Source: Phyllobates terribilis (lineage: Eukaryota). From it: DNA of 64,000 bases. The notes beneath the pieces are model-generated. The model was not told the DNA's origin, made no database searches, and saw only the letters and a program-made list of their open reading frames with translations. Shown here in pieces: positions 1-11,608 of the stretch. Every line of letters starts with the position of its first letter. The first letter of the stretch is position 1. A program made the translations under genes and the position numbers. The stretch lies in the NCBI RefSeq assembly GCF_046119375.1, contig NW_027362761.1, positions 304,854,001 through 304,918,000 on the forward strand, in the 5' to 3' direction.

Positions 1-1364
1 CGCTGGAAGCGCGTCACTTACCCGCCCATTGGTGACCCCTTCCCATGATCGCGGGTCACCGATGGGTTGGCATGGATGGATGGTTCGCGCTCATAGCAAG
101 TGAGCATTTCTGCTACACACAGGCGATCTGCTCATCGCCTCAATGTAGCAGAGCCGATCAGGTAATTGCTGCTTCTAGTCTCCCATGGAGATTATTGAAG
201 CAAGCAAAAAGTAAAAAAAAAATGTTTTTAAGGGTATGTGCGCACGTTCAGGATTTGAAGAAGAAATTTCCGCAGCGTTTCTGCATCTCCTTGACAGGAA
301 AAATGCTGCGGAAAATCTGTGCTGTTTTGACGTGTTTTTGACATGTTTTTTGTGCGTTTTTGCCTGCGGATTTGCCATGCGTTTTTTCCAATGCATTGTA
401 TAGGCAAAAACACATGCGGAAACGCACAAAGAATGGACATGCTGCGTTTTTTTCTGCACATGAAATCCGCTCAGGAAAATTCCTGATCATGTGCACAGAC
501 CTTGCAAAATGTCATAGGAAGTCATGGGATAAGGTATGCAATGCGTTTCTGGCCCATTTCCACGCTGAAAAAACACACCAAAAACGCACTGTGTGCACAT
601 AACCTAAAAATATAAAAAAAATTAAAAAAAATAAAAGTTTAAATCACCCCCCTTTCGTTCTAATTCAAAATAAAATAATAATAAAAAAACACACATACAC
701 ATATTTGGTATCGCCGGTTTCAGAATCGCCCGATGTATCAATATAAAAAAATAATTAATCCGATCAGTAAACGGCGTAACGAGAAAAAAAATCTAAACAC
801 CAGAATTATGTTTTTTTGGTCGCCGCAACATTGCAATAAAATGCAATAACGGGTGATCAAAACATCGGATCTACACCAAAATGGTATCAATAAAAACGTC
901 AGCTCGGCAAGCAAAAAATAAGCCCTCACCCAGCCCCAGATCCCGAAAAATGGAGATGCTACGGGTCTCGGAAAATGGCGTCTTTTTTTTTTTAGAGCAA
1001 ACCTTGGATTTTTTTTCCACCACTTAAATATAAAAGAACCTATACATGTTTGGTGTCTACGAACTAGTAATGACCTGGAGAATAATAATGGCAGGTCAGT
1101 TTTAGCATCCAGTGAACGTGGTAAAAAAAAAAAAAAAAACCCAACAACTGTGGAATTGCACTTTTTTTGCAAATTCACCGCACTTGGAATTTTTCCCCCG
1201 TTTTCCAGGACACGATATGGTAAAACCAGTGAAGGTGTTTAAAAGTACAACTGCAAAAAATAAGCCCTCAGATGGCCATATTGACCGAAAAAATAATAAA
1301 GTTATGGCTCTGGGAACAAGGGGAGCAAAAAACGAAAATGCAAAATGCTCCGGTCATTAAGGGG
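1..1364. mobile_element. Right part of a piggyBac-like non-autonomous element; left end lies outside the window
   Basis: Ends in GGTCATTAAGGGG followed by TTAA (1365-1368). Related internal blocks (ATTTGGTATCGC, AAAATGGTATCAAT) recur near 9450-9600 and 12180-12470. Confidence 0.55.
232..604. mobile_element. PIF/Harbinger-like MITE nested in the piggyBac-like element
   Basis: TIRs GGGTATGTGCGCAC / GTGTGCACATAACC with TAA on both sides. Confidence 0.7.
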
Positions 1365-2366
1365 TTAAAAATACGCAGAGACATATAAAAATGCAATAAA
1401 AAAAAAAACACAATTTACCTAATTTATATAATAGGTGCAGAAATGCTGCAGAAAATCTGCAACATCAAAAACTCACCAAATACTCCTCGTGCGAATAAGG
1501 CCTAATATAGAGAAACAAGTCTCACTAGGGATTTTCTTTGGTCATGTGCTTGAAATGGAAGGACGACTATCGTTTGTGCATCGTTCTGCATTAATACGCA
1601 TTTGGAGCTAAAATCTGACACCTTGTGGAGAGAAAGGGAACTGCAGTATAAAAATGTCAGGAGTAGAACAAAAAGGCTATGTGGTTAACATAACAGCATG
1701 TCCTATGTCTCCTACACGACTCGTCTAAATGTGCCACATTTAACACAACTTTTTAAACTATGGATAGATTTTCCCAGGAGCAGAACAACAAAAATAACTG
1801 AAGTTCTAGACCCCCGGCCTGACAGATATTAACGTAGCCTGACGGAACCCACTGACTATAATTGGGACTGTTGGATTTCCTTCATGGGGTCCAGCATTTT
1901 ACCAGATAAAATAGTTCATCATCATGTTGTAGGTATTATTGACAGAATCTGCAATGGAGACTCTGAGATGTGAACAGGGTCTAATGGAAATGCCCAAATC
2001 CTCATAATCACAGACAGTTTTGTTATATGTAATATGTGGGAAGCACTAATTACATATTGAAGGCAAATTCCAGCATCCGTCCCGATGAATATAAAGAATA
2101 CGATGCACCCAGAAGAGACTGATGTACCCCTGGGACAGTAGTGTCCCAATATAAAAGGCATATTTCAAGATTTACATCGATGACCTATCCTTAGGATTCA
2201 AAACATGGCACCCCCTCCAATCATCTGAGTGTCTCAGTGCAGTGGCCAGTTGGGTTGTACAAAGTGTAGAGCCAGAACAGCATGGCCGGTACACTCTGTT
2301 GTGGCTGTTCGTAGGTGCTGCAGCTCAGCTCCCACTCACATCAATGGGAGTGACTACACAGTGTAA

Positions 2367-3274
2367 GGCCGGTTTCATACTTCTGTATATTTCCGGTACC
2401 GGAAAAAATGTTACTGGAGTTATCCATGACCCGTGTGTGTCACACGTGTAGCAAACGTGTGCCGCATCAGAATCACACGGACAGGTGCCTGGGAATCGGC
2501 ACTACAGTTAGCGCTGTTCCCAAGCGCCGAGTGCTGAACACTGCCCTCATCATGGTTCCCTGCCAGCGCTGCGATCAGCACCAGCAGGGACAATGATGTG
2601 GGTAGTAGTAGTCTGCTCCCGCAGTGTCCTTGTGTAAAAATAACAATAAAATAATAAAATCCATATACTCACCTGTCCGGAGATGTCCCCTGCTGTGATC
2701 CTCTGATCGCTGACGCCGATTTGCTGGGGCTGATCTCAGGAGCTGTGTCCTCTAACTCAGTGAGCGCAGCTCCAGAGCGGCTCATTCTCCCCGACTCCTC
2801 GGCGTCAGCGGTCAGAGGATTACAGCGAGGGACATCTCTGGAAAGGTGAGTATATGGATTTTATAATTTTATTCTTATTTTTACACAGGGACACTGCGGG
2901 AGCAGACTACTAATACCCTCATTATTGCATTGTCCCTGCTGGTGCTGATCGCAGTGCCGACAAGGAACCATGATGAGGGCAGTTTTCAGCACCCGGCGCT
3001 TGGGAACAGCGCTAACTGTACACTGATTCCCAGGCACTGGCATGTGTCACACGGATGACACACGGATATCATCCGTGTGGGACGTTTTGCAGACTGTGCA
3101 TCTGCAAAAAAATGGACATGTCAGCATGTGCAGCACACAAACACACGGTCCGTAAAAACACACTGACATGTGCACAGACCCATTCATTTGAATGGGTCTG
3201 TGTGTGTCAGTGTCTCCAGTAAGTGTGGAAACTGTCACCACTTGTACTGGGAACACGGACCTGTGAAAGTGCCC
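2367..3274. mobile_element. Palindromic Harbinger-like MITE
   Basis: Termini TAA|GGCCGGTTTCATAC ... GTGAAAGTGCCC|TAG. About 190-bp internal inverted arms (2485-2674 vs 2845-3040) give mirror-image ORFs in the track. Confidence 0.7.
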
Positions 3275-3638
3275 TAGGTCAGAGAAGAATAAATAGAACT
3301 AACCAGCTCACTAACGTTCTGGCTCACTGAATCCTCCGCCCGGAAACACGACTCCTGCTTGATGTTGTTTGTGATCACCTTTCTACGGTGTAAGTTAACA
3401 GGAAAAAAATAATCTACAACTGCATGCATTTTGCATTAATTTTGTTATATTTTGATGAGGGAATGGGGGAGTGAGTAAAATTTAACTGGGATCCTTCCCA
3501 GGTTTTACTACGAAGCCCTATGGTTGCTTGCAGTCTCGGACAGGAGGGCCAAGAGTCCACCAGTGACTTTGACTCTGGGGACCCACTGTTCAGCCATACC
3601 TATGCTTCTATATAATAATAAACTGAGCGGCATGTTAA

Positions 3639-4045
3639 GTGGAATTTGTCAGCAGGATTTCACCCTCAAACTATTTATATGTGCATGCAGCTCTTTCAAA
3701 AACACATACCTCTACAGTGCCAGTGCGATCCTCCCTTACTGGCAAATCAGCGTTTGAATTGATATGCAAATGAGGATGATGATCTGAAGCCTCCGTCACT
3801 CCAACTCTGTTGCCCACCCTGCGACGACTCTTCTTGCGTGACTGACAGCTCCTTTGCCTGGGCGGGGAATAGAGCTGGAGTGACAGAGGCTTCAGATCTA
3901 CAAATAGTTTTCCAAGTTTTCCAGCCTCATTTTCAGTTACAGAGGAATGGACTGGCCATGTAAAGGTATCGCTGGACTAGTGTGTGAAAGAGATAATTGC
4001 ACATATAAATAGTTTGGGTTGTAAAATCCTGTTGACAAATTCCAT
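3639..4045. mobile_element. TTAA-flanked MITE (T2/Kolobok-like)
   Basis: TTAA at 3635 and 4046; TIRs GTGGAATTTGTCA / TGACAAATTCCAT; internal hairpin. Confidence 0.7.
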
Positions 4046-4270
4046 TTAAATGAATGTATAGATGCTACCTTTGTCTGTGCATAGTGAATCAGGTGTATTG
4101 TGCCAACTACTGCTCATACAGGGTTTTGGGGGGCCCACCCAGGGATTCACCTGTACCCTTGGGGGCCAGTCCAAGCTAGGTTACCTGTACCACTACTTTG
4201 TGAATTGTGCCTCTACTACAGCATCTTTATATACATTATCCTTGTACTGTGACTTTTTTATACTTTATAT

Positions 4271-4738
4271 CAGTGTTCCCCAACCTTTCTGACCTTGAGA
4301 GCCACATTCAGCTCTGAAAGAGGATCGCGATCCACATCCAGCTCCCGCACCCCTCACAGTAGTGACACCCAGAGCCCCCATTATCGGTATAATGACAGCC
4401 AAAGCTTTCCCACAGAAATCACAAGGCAGTATACCAAGATCCAGGTATTCCCACCTTCAACAAGCACTCCCACCATGCTGTCCCATCCAGCTTCAAGCAC
4501 TTTCTCTGACTAGCAGTATCATCCTATTTTCAGTTTACCAGACTTAAATTATCTCTGAACCCCACAAGGCAAGTATATGCACACCCAGATCTGCTCTTCT
4601 GTGCTGGGCTACTCATAAAAGTCACCATCTGGAGACCTGCTCTTCATAGCTGTTTGCTAGACCTGGTGGCGCACCAACCTGGCAGACAGCTACGAGCCTC
4701 ACATCATGGGCCCACGAGCCACAGGTTGGGGACCCCTG
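4271..4738. mobile_element. hAT (Charlie-like) non-autonomous element
   Basis: TIRs CAGTGTTCCCCAACCT / AGGTTGGGGACCCCTG; 8-bp TSD CTTTATAT / CTATATAT. Confidence 0.75.
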
Positions 4739-4857
4739 CTATATATGCACTGTGATATCACTGCTTCCTATTGTGCTATATTATTGCTCCTCTATGACAT
4801 CATTGTGTGCATTAGTCTGGTGCTGTGACATCACTTTGAATTTAGTGTGCTCATTAA

Positions 4858-5416
4858 AGGTTTTCCCACAAACTAAGTAAATTTTAATCAACATTTTAAT
4901 CAATAGATCTTGGAATAATAATAATTTCCCAATTGGATGTGTTTACAAAAAATGTCCCCGTGCCGAGATAATCTTATAAATGTGCCCCTGCTATGTACTG
5001 GGTAATGGCTGTGTCTGACCGTACAGGGACATGGTCTGATCATACCACATCTCCTGGGCAGGGGAAGAAGGAAAAGAGTATACAGACAGGACAGCTTGAG
5101 ATCACAAATGATTCTTTTTTTAGGTAAAATATTGCTTAAATACAGGCAGCGAAATGTTTTGCCTTACAGAAAGAATCATTTGTGATCCTGTGCTGTGCTG
5201 TCTGTATACTCTTTTGCTTCCTCCCCTGCCCAGGAGCTGTGGTATGATGAGACCATGTTCCTGCACGATCAAACACAGCCATTACACAGTACACAGCAGG
5301 GGCACATTTATAAGATTATCTCAGCACAGGAACATTGTTTTAAAACACATCCAATTGTGGAAATTATTATTATTCCAAGATCTATTGATTAAAAAATACT
5401 TTGTGGGAAAACCCCT
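4858..5416. mobile_element. TTAA-flanked MITE; related copy at 60705-61058
   Basis: TTAA|AGGTTTTCCCACAA ... TTGTGGGAAAACCCCT|TTAA; palindromic interior shared with the 60705 copy. Confidence 0.7.
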
Positions 5417-5561
5417 TTAAGTATCGCTTTTATGTTGTGTTACCTTCATGCTGTGACACCACTGTGTCCATTTTTTCTAGTACAGTGATATGTGATCAGA
5501 AAAAGCTTGCAAAGTTGTGCCAAGGTGGGGTCAGCCTTACTCCATGTTTAGCTCTAAAGAC

Positions 5562-5873
5562 TAGTGATGAGCGAGCATGCTCGTTACACGAGATTTAAGA
5601 GCATGCTCGGGTGTTTCCTGAGTATCTTCTGCGTGATCGGGTGTTATGTTTTAGTCACGCTGTGTGCATGATTTGCAACTGTTTGACAGCTTTAATACAT
5701 GTGAGGAATGCTTGTTTCTTAGGCATTCCTCGCATGTTTTAAACCTGTCAAAACAGTTGCAAATCATGCACACAGCGTGACTAAAACATAACACCCGAGC
5801 ACGCTAAAAATACTCGGCGAGCACCCGAGCATGCTCACCGAAAGGGTTAACAGAACATACTCGTTCATCACTA
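5562..5873. mobile_element. hAT MITE
   Basis: TIRs TAGTGATGAGCGAG / CTCGTTCATCACTA; 8-bp TSD CTAAAGAC / GTAAAGAC. Confidence 0.75.
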
Positions 5874-6689
5874 GTAAAGACCCATAGTTAGTAAGTATAC
5901 CTCAGCATGCTGCTCAACCATTGGGGCATGGTTTCTCTGATGAGACAGCACCATGCAGAATGCGCCAATTGGGGCAGTCAGCTGATCAGATTTACTCCAA
6001 CTGCAAGCATGATCTTGTTGTTGGTATCCACTGGCAAAAAAAAGCTTGTCCCTTGTAGTGGCCGATGCAGGAGGAATGTAGTTTTACACAGTGGCCATTC
6101 AGGTGAATTCACAGATTGCAAGGATGGCTCAAGTCCACCAGAAGAGGAGCAGCTTGTTCAGAGGGCCTCTCCGTTCTGGCTCATAGGAGTATCTGCAGTA
6201 GACAACCATTGAATACTTACTATATCCCATTAAAATAATTGTCCTGGATTAGAAAAACATGGCTGCTTTCTTTTAGAAACAGTGCCACCCCTAAAAATGC
6301 ATTGTGTATGGAATTGCAGCTCACCTCCATTCACGTCAATAGGGCTGAGTTGCAATACCATGCACAAGTCATAGCCAGTGGTGGCGCTCTTTCTGAAAGC
6401 AGCCATGTTATTCTAATCCAGGACAACCCCTTTAACACTGTTGTTCCCTTTCTATGCATTGCACTATATGAATGCATTGACTTAGTCTAGATCAGAGGTC
6501 ACCTTGTCCCTTACGACTCCTTTCCAACGTGTGACTTGTTTTTTATTAATTTGTTCAAATAATTGAAAGGCTCATTCCCAAAATCACAAGTTATTCCCCA
6601 GCCTATCCCATGGGGGGTCCCCGCGGTTAACAAGTATGGCCAGGGGGTAACTTGTGAATTAGGGAATGACACTTTAAATCGTTTTTTTT

Positions 6690-7110
6690 TTTTATTTTAG
6701 CGCTGGAGTGGTGCTACTAATCTTAATTCCCTGCCCCTAGTATAATACTCAGCAGCCGCCGTCTTCTGCTCTGCTTGGCGCTGCTTCGGTCCTGCGCCGC
6801 CATCTTGTGACTGCAGCTTCTAACTGGCCGGAAGTCAGAGGTAACAGTCACAAGCTCTCAGTGTAGGTTTAGGAGACTCTTTCTGGCCCCGTCTGGCTCT
6901 CATAGACTTACACTCAGTAGTGACCTCCGTATTGTCCAGCAAACACTGGAGCCATCCGGCAGGTCACAACCTGCAGAAGACAACTGGAGCGGCGCCGATA
7001 ACAGATGAAGATGGCGGCCGGTGAGTAGATGGCCGGGGGCAGGGAACTTACATTAGTGACACCACTCCAGCGCTGCAATAAAATAAACCTTCTGGAGTGG
7101 TGCTATAATG
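6690..7110. mobile_element. Palindromic T2-like MITE just upstream of cox6a1
   Basis: Inverted arms AGCGCTGGAGTGGT / ACCACTCCAGCGCT; right end CTGGAGTGGTGCTATAA. Confidence 0.55.
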
Positions 7111-7279
7111 ATTTGCACTTATAGCTACAATGTCTCCTATTTTCTATGAGCTTGTTTGATTTTGACCTCAAGATAATAATGAAAGCAATAATACGATTCC
7201 CTCATGACAGAGACGTGACATTGGGAGTGCTGACACCAGAGCAGACACTTCCTCCGCATCGTCCTCGTTATCCCAGCTC

Positions 7280-7440
7280 CTGCACGTGAGCTTCCCTCCA
7301 CGCATGCGCACTCATAGATGAAATTTGAGCTTGCCTGCAGGCAAGAATTTGAACGCAAGCGCAGCACGCCCGTTCCCTCCCCTTCCGGTCCTCGGATAGC
7401 AGGTTTCGCACGTCCGCATCCGCTCTCAGTGAGGGATATC
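7280..7440 (+). promoter_or_regulatory. cox6a1 proximal promoter / 5' region
   Basis: E-box CACGTG 7283-7288, NRF1-like CGCATGCGCA 7301-7310 and ETS/GABP-like CTTCCGG 7382-7388, all GC-rich and just before the ATG. This motif set is typical of nuclear OXPHOS genes. Confidence 0.55.
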
Positions 7441-7540
7441 ATGGCGGCGTTGGGCAGGCTCTCTGGCATCCTTGGTCGTTCGGTGGCTAGCCGTGGTCGC
7501 TTGTTTTCTGCGGCAGCTCATGCAGAGCATGGCGATGCAG
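7441..7540 (+). CDS. cox6a1: Cytochrome c oxidase subunit 6A1, exon 1 (presequence)
   Basis: ATG GCG GCG TTG ... MAALGRLSGILGRSVASRGRLFSAAAHAEHGDA; donor CAG|GTATAG, phase 1. Confidence 0.93.
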
Positions 7541-7655
7541 GTATAGGGCGGCACCAGTGCGGCAGGGGTGGCCGGTACTGTGGGTCACCTTCAGCAGGCC
7601 GCTGTCAGTGAAGGTCACCCCGGGCAGCGGCTCATCTGTACTTCTCTCCCCACAG

Positions 7656-7795
7656 CTCGTACATGGAAGATCCTGACCTTTGTGGTGGCGCTGCCTGGTG
7701 TGGCTGTGTGCATGCTGAACGCGTACCTGAAGGCGCAGCACCATGAGCCCCGGCCGGAGTTCGTAGCCTATGAGCACCTGCGGATCCGGAGCAAG
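7656..7795 (+). CDS. cox6a1: cox6a1 exon 2 (transmembrane helix)
   Basis: Acceptor CCCCACAG|CT; [26 protein letters not shown]...YEHLRIRSK; donor AAG|GTAGGG. Confidence 0.95.
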
Positions 7796-7845
7796 GTAGG
7801 GGCTCATCCTGGGGGAGGGGGGTCAGTGATGGCACCTGAGGACTG

Positions 7846-8153
7846 GCCACTGACCTGCAGCGGCCTCCCCATGGAGGTGATCGGGGCGGATGTATGATCA
7901 CATGTACGCTGGTCACTGACCTGCAGCGGCCTCCCCATGGAGGTGATCGGGGCGGATGTATGATCACATGTACGCTGGTCACCGACCTGCAGGGTCTTCC
8001 CCCTTGGAGGTGATCGGGGCGGATGTATGATCACATGTACGCTGGTCACCGACCTGCAGGGTCTTCCCCCTTGGAGGTGATCGGGGCGGATGTATGATTA
8101 CATGTATTCTGGTCACCGACCTGCAGGGTCTTCACCGTGGAGGTGATCGGGGC
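7846..8153. repeat. 66-67 bp minisatellite, about 4.7 copies, cox6a1 intron 2
   Basis: The (T/C)GACCTGCAG anchor recurs at 7851, 7917, 7983, 8050 and 8117. Confidence 0.9.
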
Positions 8154-9575
8154 ACTGTATGTGTATTGTCTGACACTCCCTTTTCTATTCCTGTCTGTGG
8201 CATTTAGTGTTTGACAGATGACACCTTTTATAGTAAAATCTGATTTGTGGATTCAGTGTGTTTTTATTGTCTTCAGCGCTTCTTGTAAAATCACTTCTGC
8301 GCCCAGCTGTATAGCTGAGTTGAGTTCATTAAGCCATTAACCAGCGTTTTATTGGTTAAGGTTGTCTACAATGACCTTCAGTGACTTGCAGCTCAGAAAC
8401 CACAGCGTAAAATCTCTAGTGAATGTCCGATTCCCAACCTGCTATATGAGCGTAGTTGGGACCATTCTTTTTTCTATTTAGTCGATTGGACCGCTAAAAA
8501 GTAAAACCTGTTTAGAAATGGCTCCTACAGATTAGTTTGGGTCCTGTAAAAGCCGCTGTTACCCAGAGATGGGCGTAAAATAATGAATGCAGCTGTTACT
8601 CACATTTCCCAGTTCAGAACTGCCTCTGCCCCAGTCACTGATCTGCCGCAGTGGTGATGACTCTTCTACAGTGCAGCCAATCATTGGACTCAGAGGCTCT
8701 GCATATATAGACAGCACAAGCCCCTGAACCAAGTGATTGGCTGCAGCGGTGACAACATAATCAAAGAGACCAGAGCGGTGGTAGAGAAGAGACATGGTTA
8801 GACCTGAGGACGGCGAGTGACAGCTCAGTTTTTTTACGTTGTCAATCTGCCAGCCTATAAATTAAAAAAACATAACACATATAGCAAGACAACCCTAGTC
8901 AGCATAAGTCACCCTTAACACATTGGAGGGGCATTGTACTGTTATTGCTCATGAATACGTTTAAAATTGACAACTGGGTATTAACTTTTTCTTTGTCAAA
9001 GGGATATTTTTAAAGAGTGAGCACTGATTGTATATGGTCAGAGTGAATCCCCCCCCCCCCCCATTTCTAGCAGGATTAACAAGAACGGCCCTACTTATTT
9101 ATAGTTCTTATGCTTTGCTTATATAGCACCATCATATTCCACAGCACTTTACAGACATCATCATTACTGTCCCCAATGGGGCTCACAATCTGTTAGTATG
9201 TCTTTGGAATGTGGGTGGAAACTGGAGAACCTGGTTTCCTCCCACATTACAAAGTGTGGCACAGATGCCGAGGAAATGATGCCCATTGGACCGGACCAAA
9301 AGCATTTACATATAGAGAAGGTAAAATAGGTATTTTTGGTGGCATACAGGGGGAGTTGGGGGATTATGGACACATTTGTGTAATGCACTTCAGACACTCA
9401 GAAAAACTGGTAACAGGCGCTAAAAAACTGTTGACCGGTTCCCTTTAACCTGATCTGTGAAAGCTATAAAGAGAAAAAAATCAAAATGCTGGAATTGCTG
9501 GTTTTCTAGTTGCCACAACTCCATAAAAAATGCAATAAGAAGCGATCAAAGCGTCTCATCTACCCCAAAATGGTA

Positions 9576-9686
9576 TCAATGAAAACATCAGGTCACCACG
9601 CAAAACACAAGCTTTCATGAAGCTTCATCGACGATGGAGCTTCGTGAAAGCTTGTGTTTTGCGTGGTGACCTGATGTTTTCATTGA
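9576..9686. repeat. Near-perfect fold-back palindrome (55-bp arms, 1-nt centre)
   Basis: Checked base by base: 53 of 55 pairs are Watson-Crick and two are T.G; centre at 9631. Confidence 0.95.
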
Positions 9687-9722
9687 GATAGAGAGAGAGA
9701 TGGATATAAAAGATTTCTCTTA

Positions 9723-10574
9723 GACTATGTGCCCACGATGCAGATTTTAAGCAGAAATTTCCGGAGCATTTTTTCCTCTCCCTGGCAGAAAAAACGCATG
9801 CAGATTTTACATGTCTTTTTTTTTTTTTTTTTCTGCCAGGTTTAAGCGTTTTTACATGCATTTCCACATGCGTTTTTTCAAGTGCTTATTTTAGCATCAC
9901 TTGGAAAAGGGCTTGACAAGTTGGTCACACTTTATAAATCCATGCAACTGGCATGGATTTATATTGTGTGACTGAGATTTCTGCTTAAAATACTGCACCT
10001 ATAGTGTGGGGGTGGGGAATTCATACACACCTCTCCGGTGACTCCCGGTCTGCTCCCGGCGGCGTCCTCTCTTCTCGGAGGCCCGTGGTGTTCACGTGAC
10101 CATCAGCTGACTAAATGATGTCACCACAGGTCCTGGCAGAACACCATGGGCCGCCTAGGAGAGAGGATGCCGCCGGGGGCCGCCAGAGGTGTGAGTTTGA
10201 ATATTTTTATTTTATACTTTATAATTCTTTTTTAACTTGCAGGTACCAAGGTCGGATGAGAGTCTCCTCTTCTCCAGACACAGGTACCATCCGCGCATTG
10301 AACCGCATAACATCTGCATGTATACATGCGGATGTTATACCGATCAATGCAAGTCAATGGCGGCGATTTCGCTGCGAAATAGCACAATAAATGGTTGTGC
10401 TGCGGATTTTTCCGCAGTGATAATCCACAGCGGAAATTTCTGCAGCATGTGCATAGCACATGCGGATTATCATTGGGGAACATCCCAGACCTCTTAGCAA
10501 GCGATTTTAATGTGTTTCCGCAGCGTAAATACCACCGTGGAAACGCATTAAATCCGCTTTGTGGGCACACAGCC
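9723..10574. mobile_element. Long Harbinger-like MITE in cox6a1 intron 2
   Basis: TTA|GACTATGTGCCCAC ... GTGGGCACACAGCC|TTA. Same family at 12818-13615, 30140-31002, 37260-38071 and 43947-44799. Confidence 0.8.
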
Positions 10575-11010
10575 TTAAACTTCACAATTTTTTTTCTGCC
10601 ACTTTGTGATTTTGGTATTGTCTAGGTCAGTACGATTATTTCTAAGTCATTTTTATTGCAGAATGAACTCCTAAAAAGTAAATCACAAAAAAACAATTGT
10701 TTGAGGTTTTTTTTTTTTTCTTGCAAGTTTCATTTTGCTTGGAATTGATTTTCCAGTACACTGTGTGATAAAATTGATTGTGTCATTCGAAAGTATAACT
10801 AGTCACTCAAAAAGCAATCACTCATAACTTGGTCAGGTCTGAGAATTTCCCTTAAAAATAGGTTTTTGAATTTGCAATTTTCAGCTGGCATTATATGGGG
10901 GTGTATGGAGTATTGTATGTGTATATACACACATTAACATACAATTATAGTAATAGAAAGTGTAATAAAGCTCTTTATTTTGCATACTGGAGTATTTGTT
11001 GTTTTTACAG

Positions 11011-11109
11011 AAATTCCCTTGGGGAGATGGAGTGAAGAGCCTTTTCCACAATTCCCATGCAAATGCTCTTCCCACCGGCTATGAAGAGTCTGAGCACTCG
11101 GAGCATTAG
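11011..11109 (+). CDS. cox6a1: cox6a1 exon 3 to stop
   Basis: Acceptor GTTTTTACAG|AAA; [32 protein letters not shown]. Joined CDS is 339 nt = 112 aa. Assigned to 6A1 rather than 6A2 by synteny. Confidence 0.93.
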   Translation, partial: KFPWGDGVKSLFHNSHANALPTGYEESEHSEH

Positions 11110-11231
11110 ACCTTGGACACCTTGTTATCCGGACCAGTGCGGTGTATGGGCCACATAATGAGCAGGGATCATGCTATTCTATTTAATGCTGTACATGCCC
11201 ACTATCCTTCTACTGCTGCGGCAGTTGTCTA

Positions 11232-11237
11232 ATTAAA
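11232..11237 (+). terminator. Probable cox6a1 poly(A) signal ATTAAA
   Basis: ATTAAA about 120 nt after the stop, followed by GT-rich sequence. Confidence 0.5.
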
Positions 11238-11608
11238 GTTTCTGTTGGACCTACATGCATTGACTGATCTTGATTGACAAAGGAACCTGTGCTTTCTTAT
11301 ATCTAAATCTGCTGCCTCCTTTCAGTATTGTGTGGATTTGGAAGTAGAGCCTGTTCCACAGAGGGCAGATGCCAGGTATGTTATATAGCGATCATTGCCT
11401 CTAACCCCAGTGATCAGCGTGCCCACCAGTCTCTGGTGTTAACCTATTAAATGCTGCTGTCAATCACTGATAAATGGCATTTAACCATTTCACAACAAAC
11501 TTGTATCATATGTCATGTCCCTCCCTTTACTGCCGGCTCAGCCATCATGTGCCTTTAACAGCCGCTTGTGAAATGGAGCTCTGCCCATGGCTGTTAACCT
11601 GTTAAATC

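Noticed and set aside
175-602. Many 60-130 aa ORFs in MITEs (also 2408-3043, 12465-13735, 30010-30979, 37185-38190)
   Set aside because: They recur as near-identical peptides on both strands because the elements are palindromic and multicopy; there are no protein motifs.
7441-11109. cox6a2 assignment
   Set aside because: The protein alone is not decisive, but linkage to triap1, gatc and srsf9 matches the COX6A1 locus.
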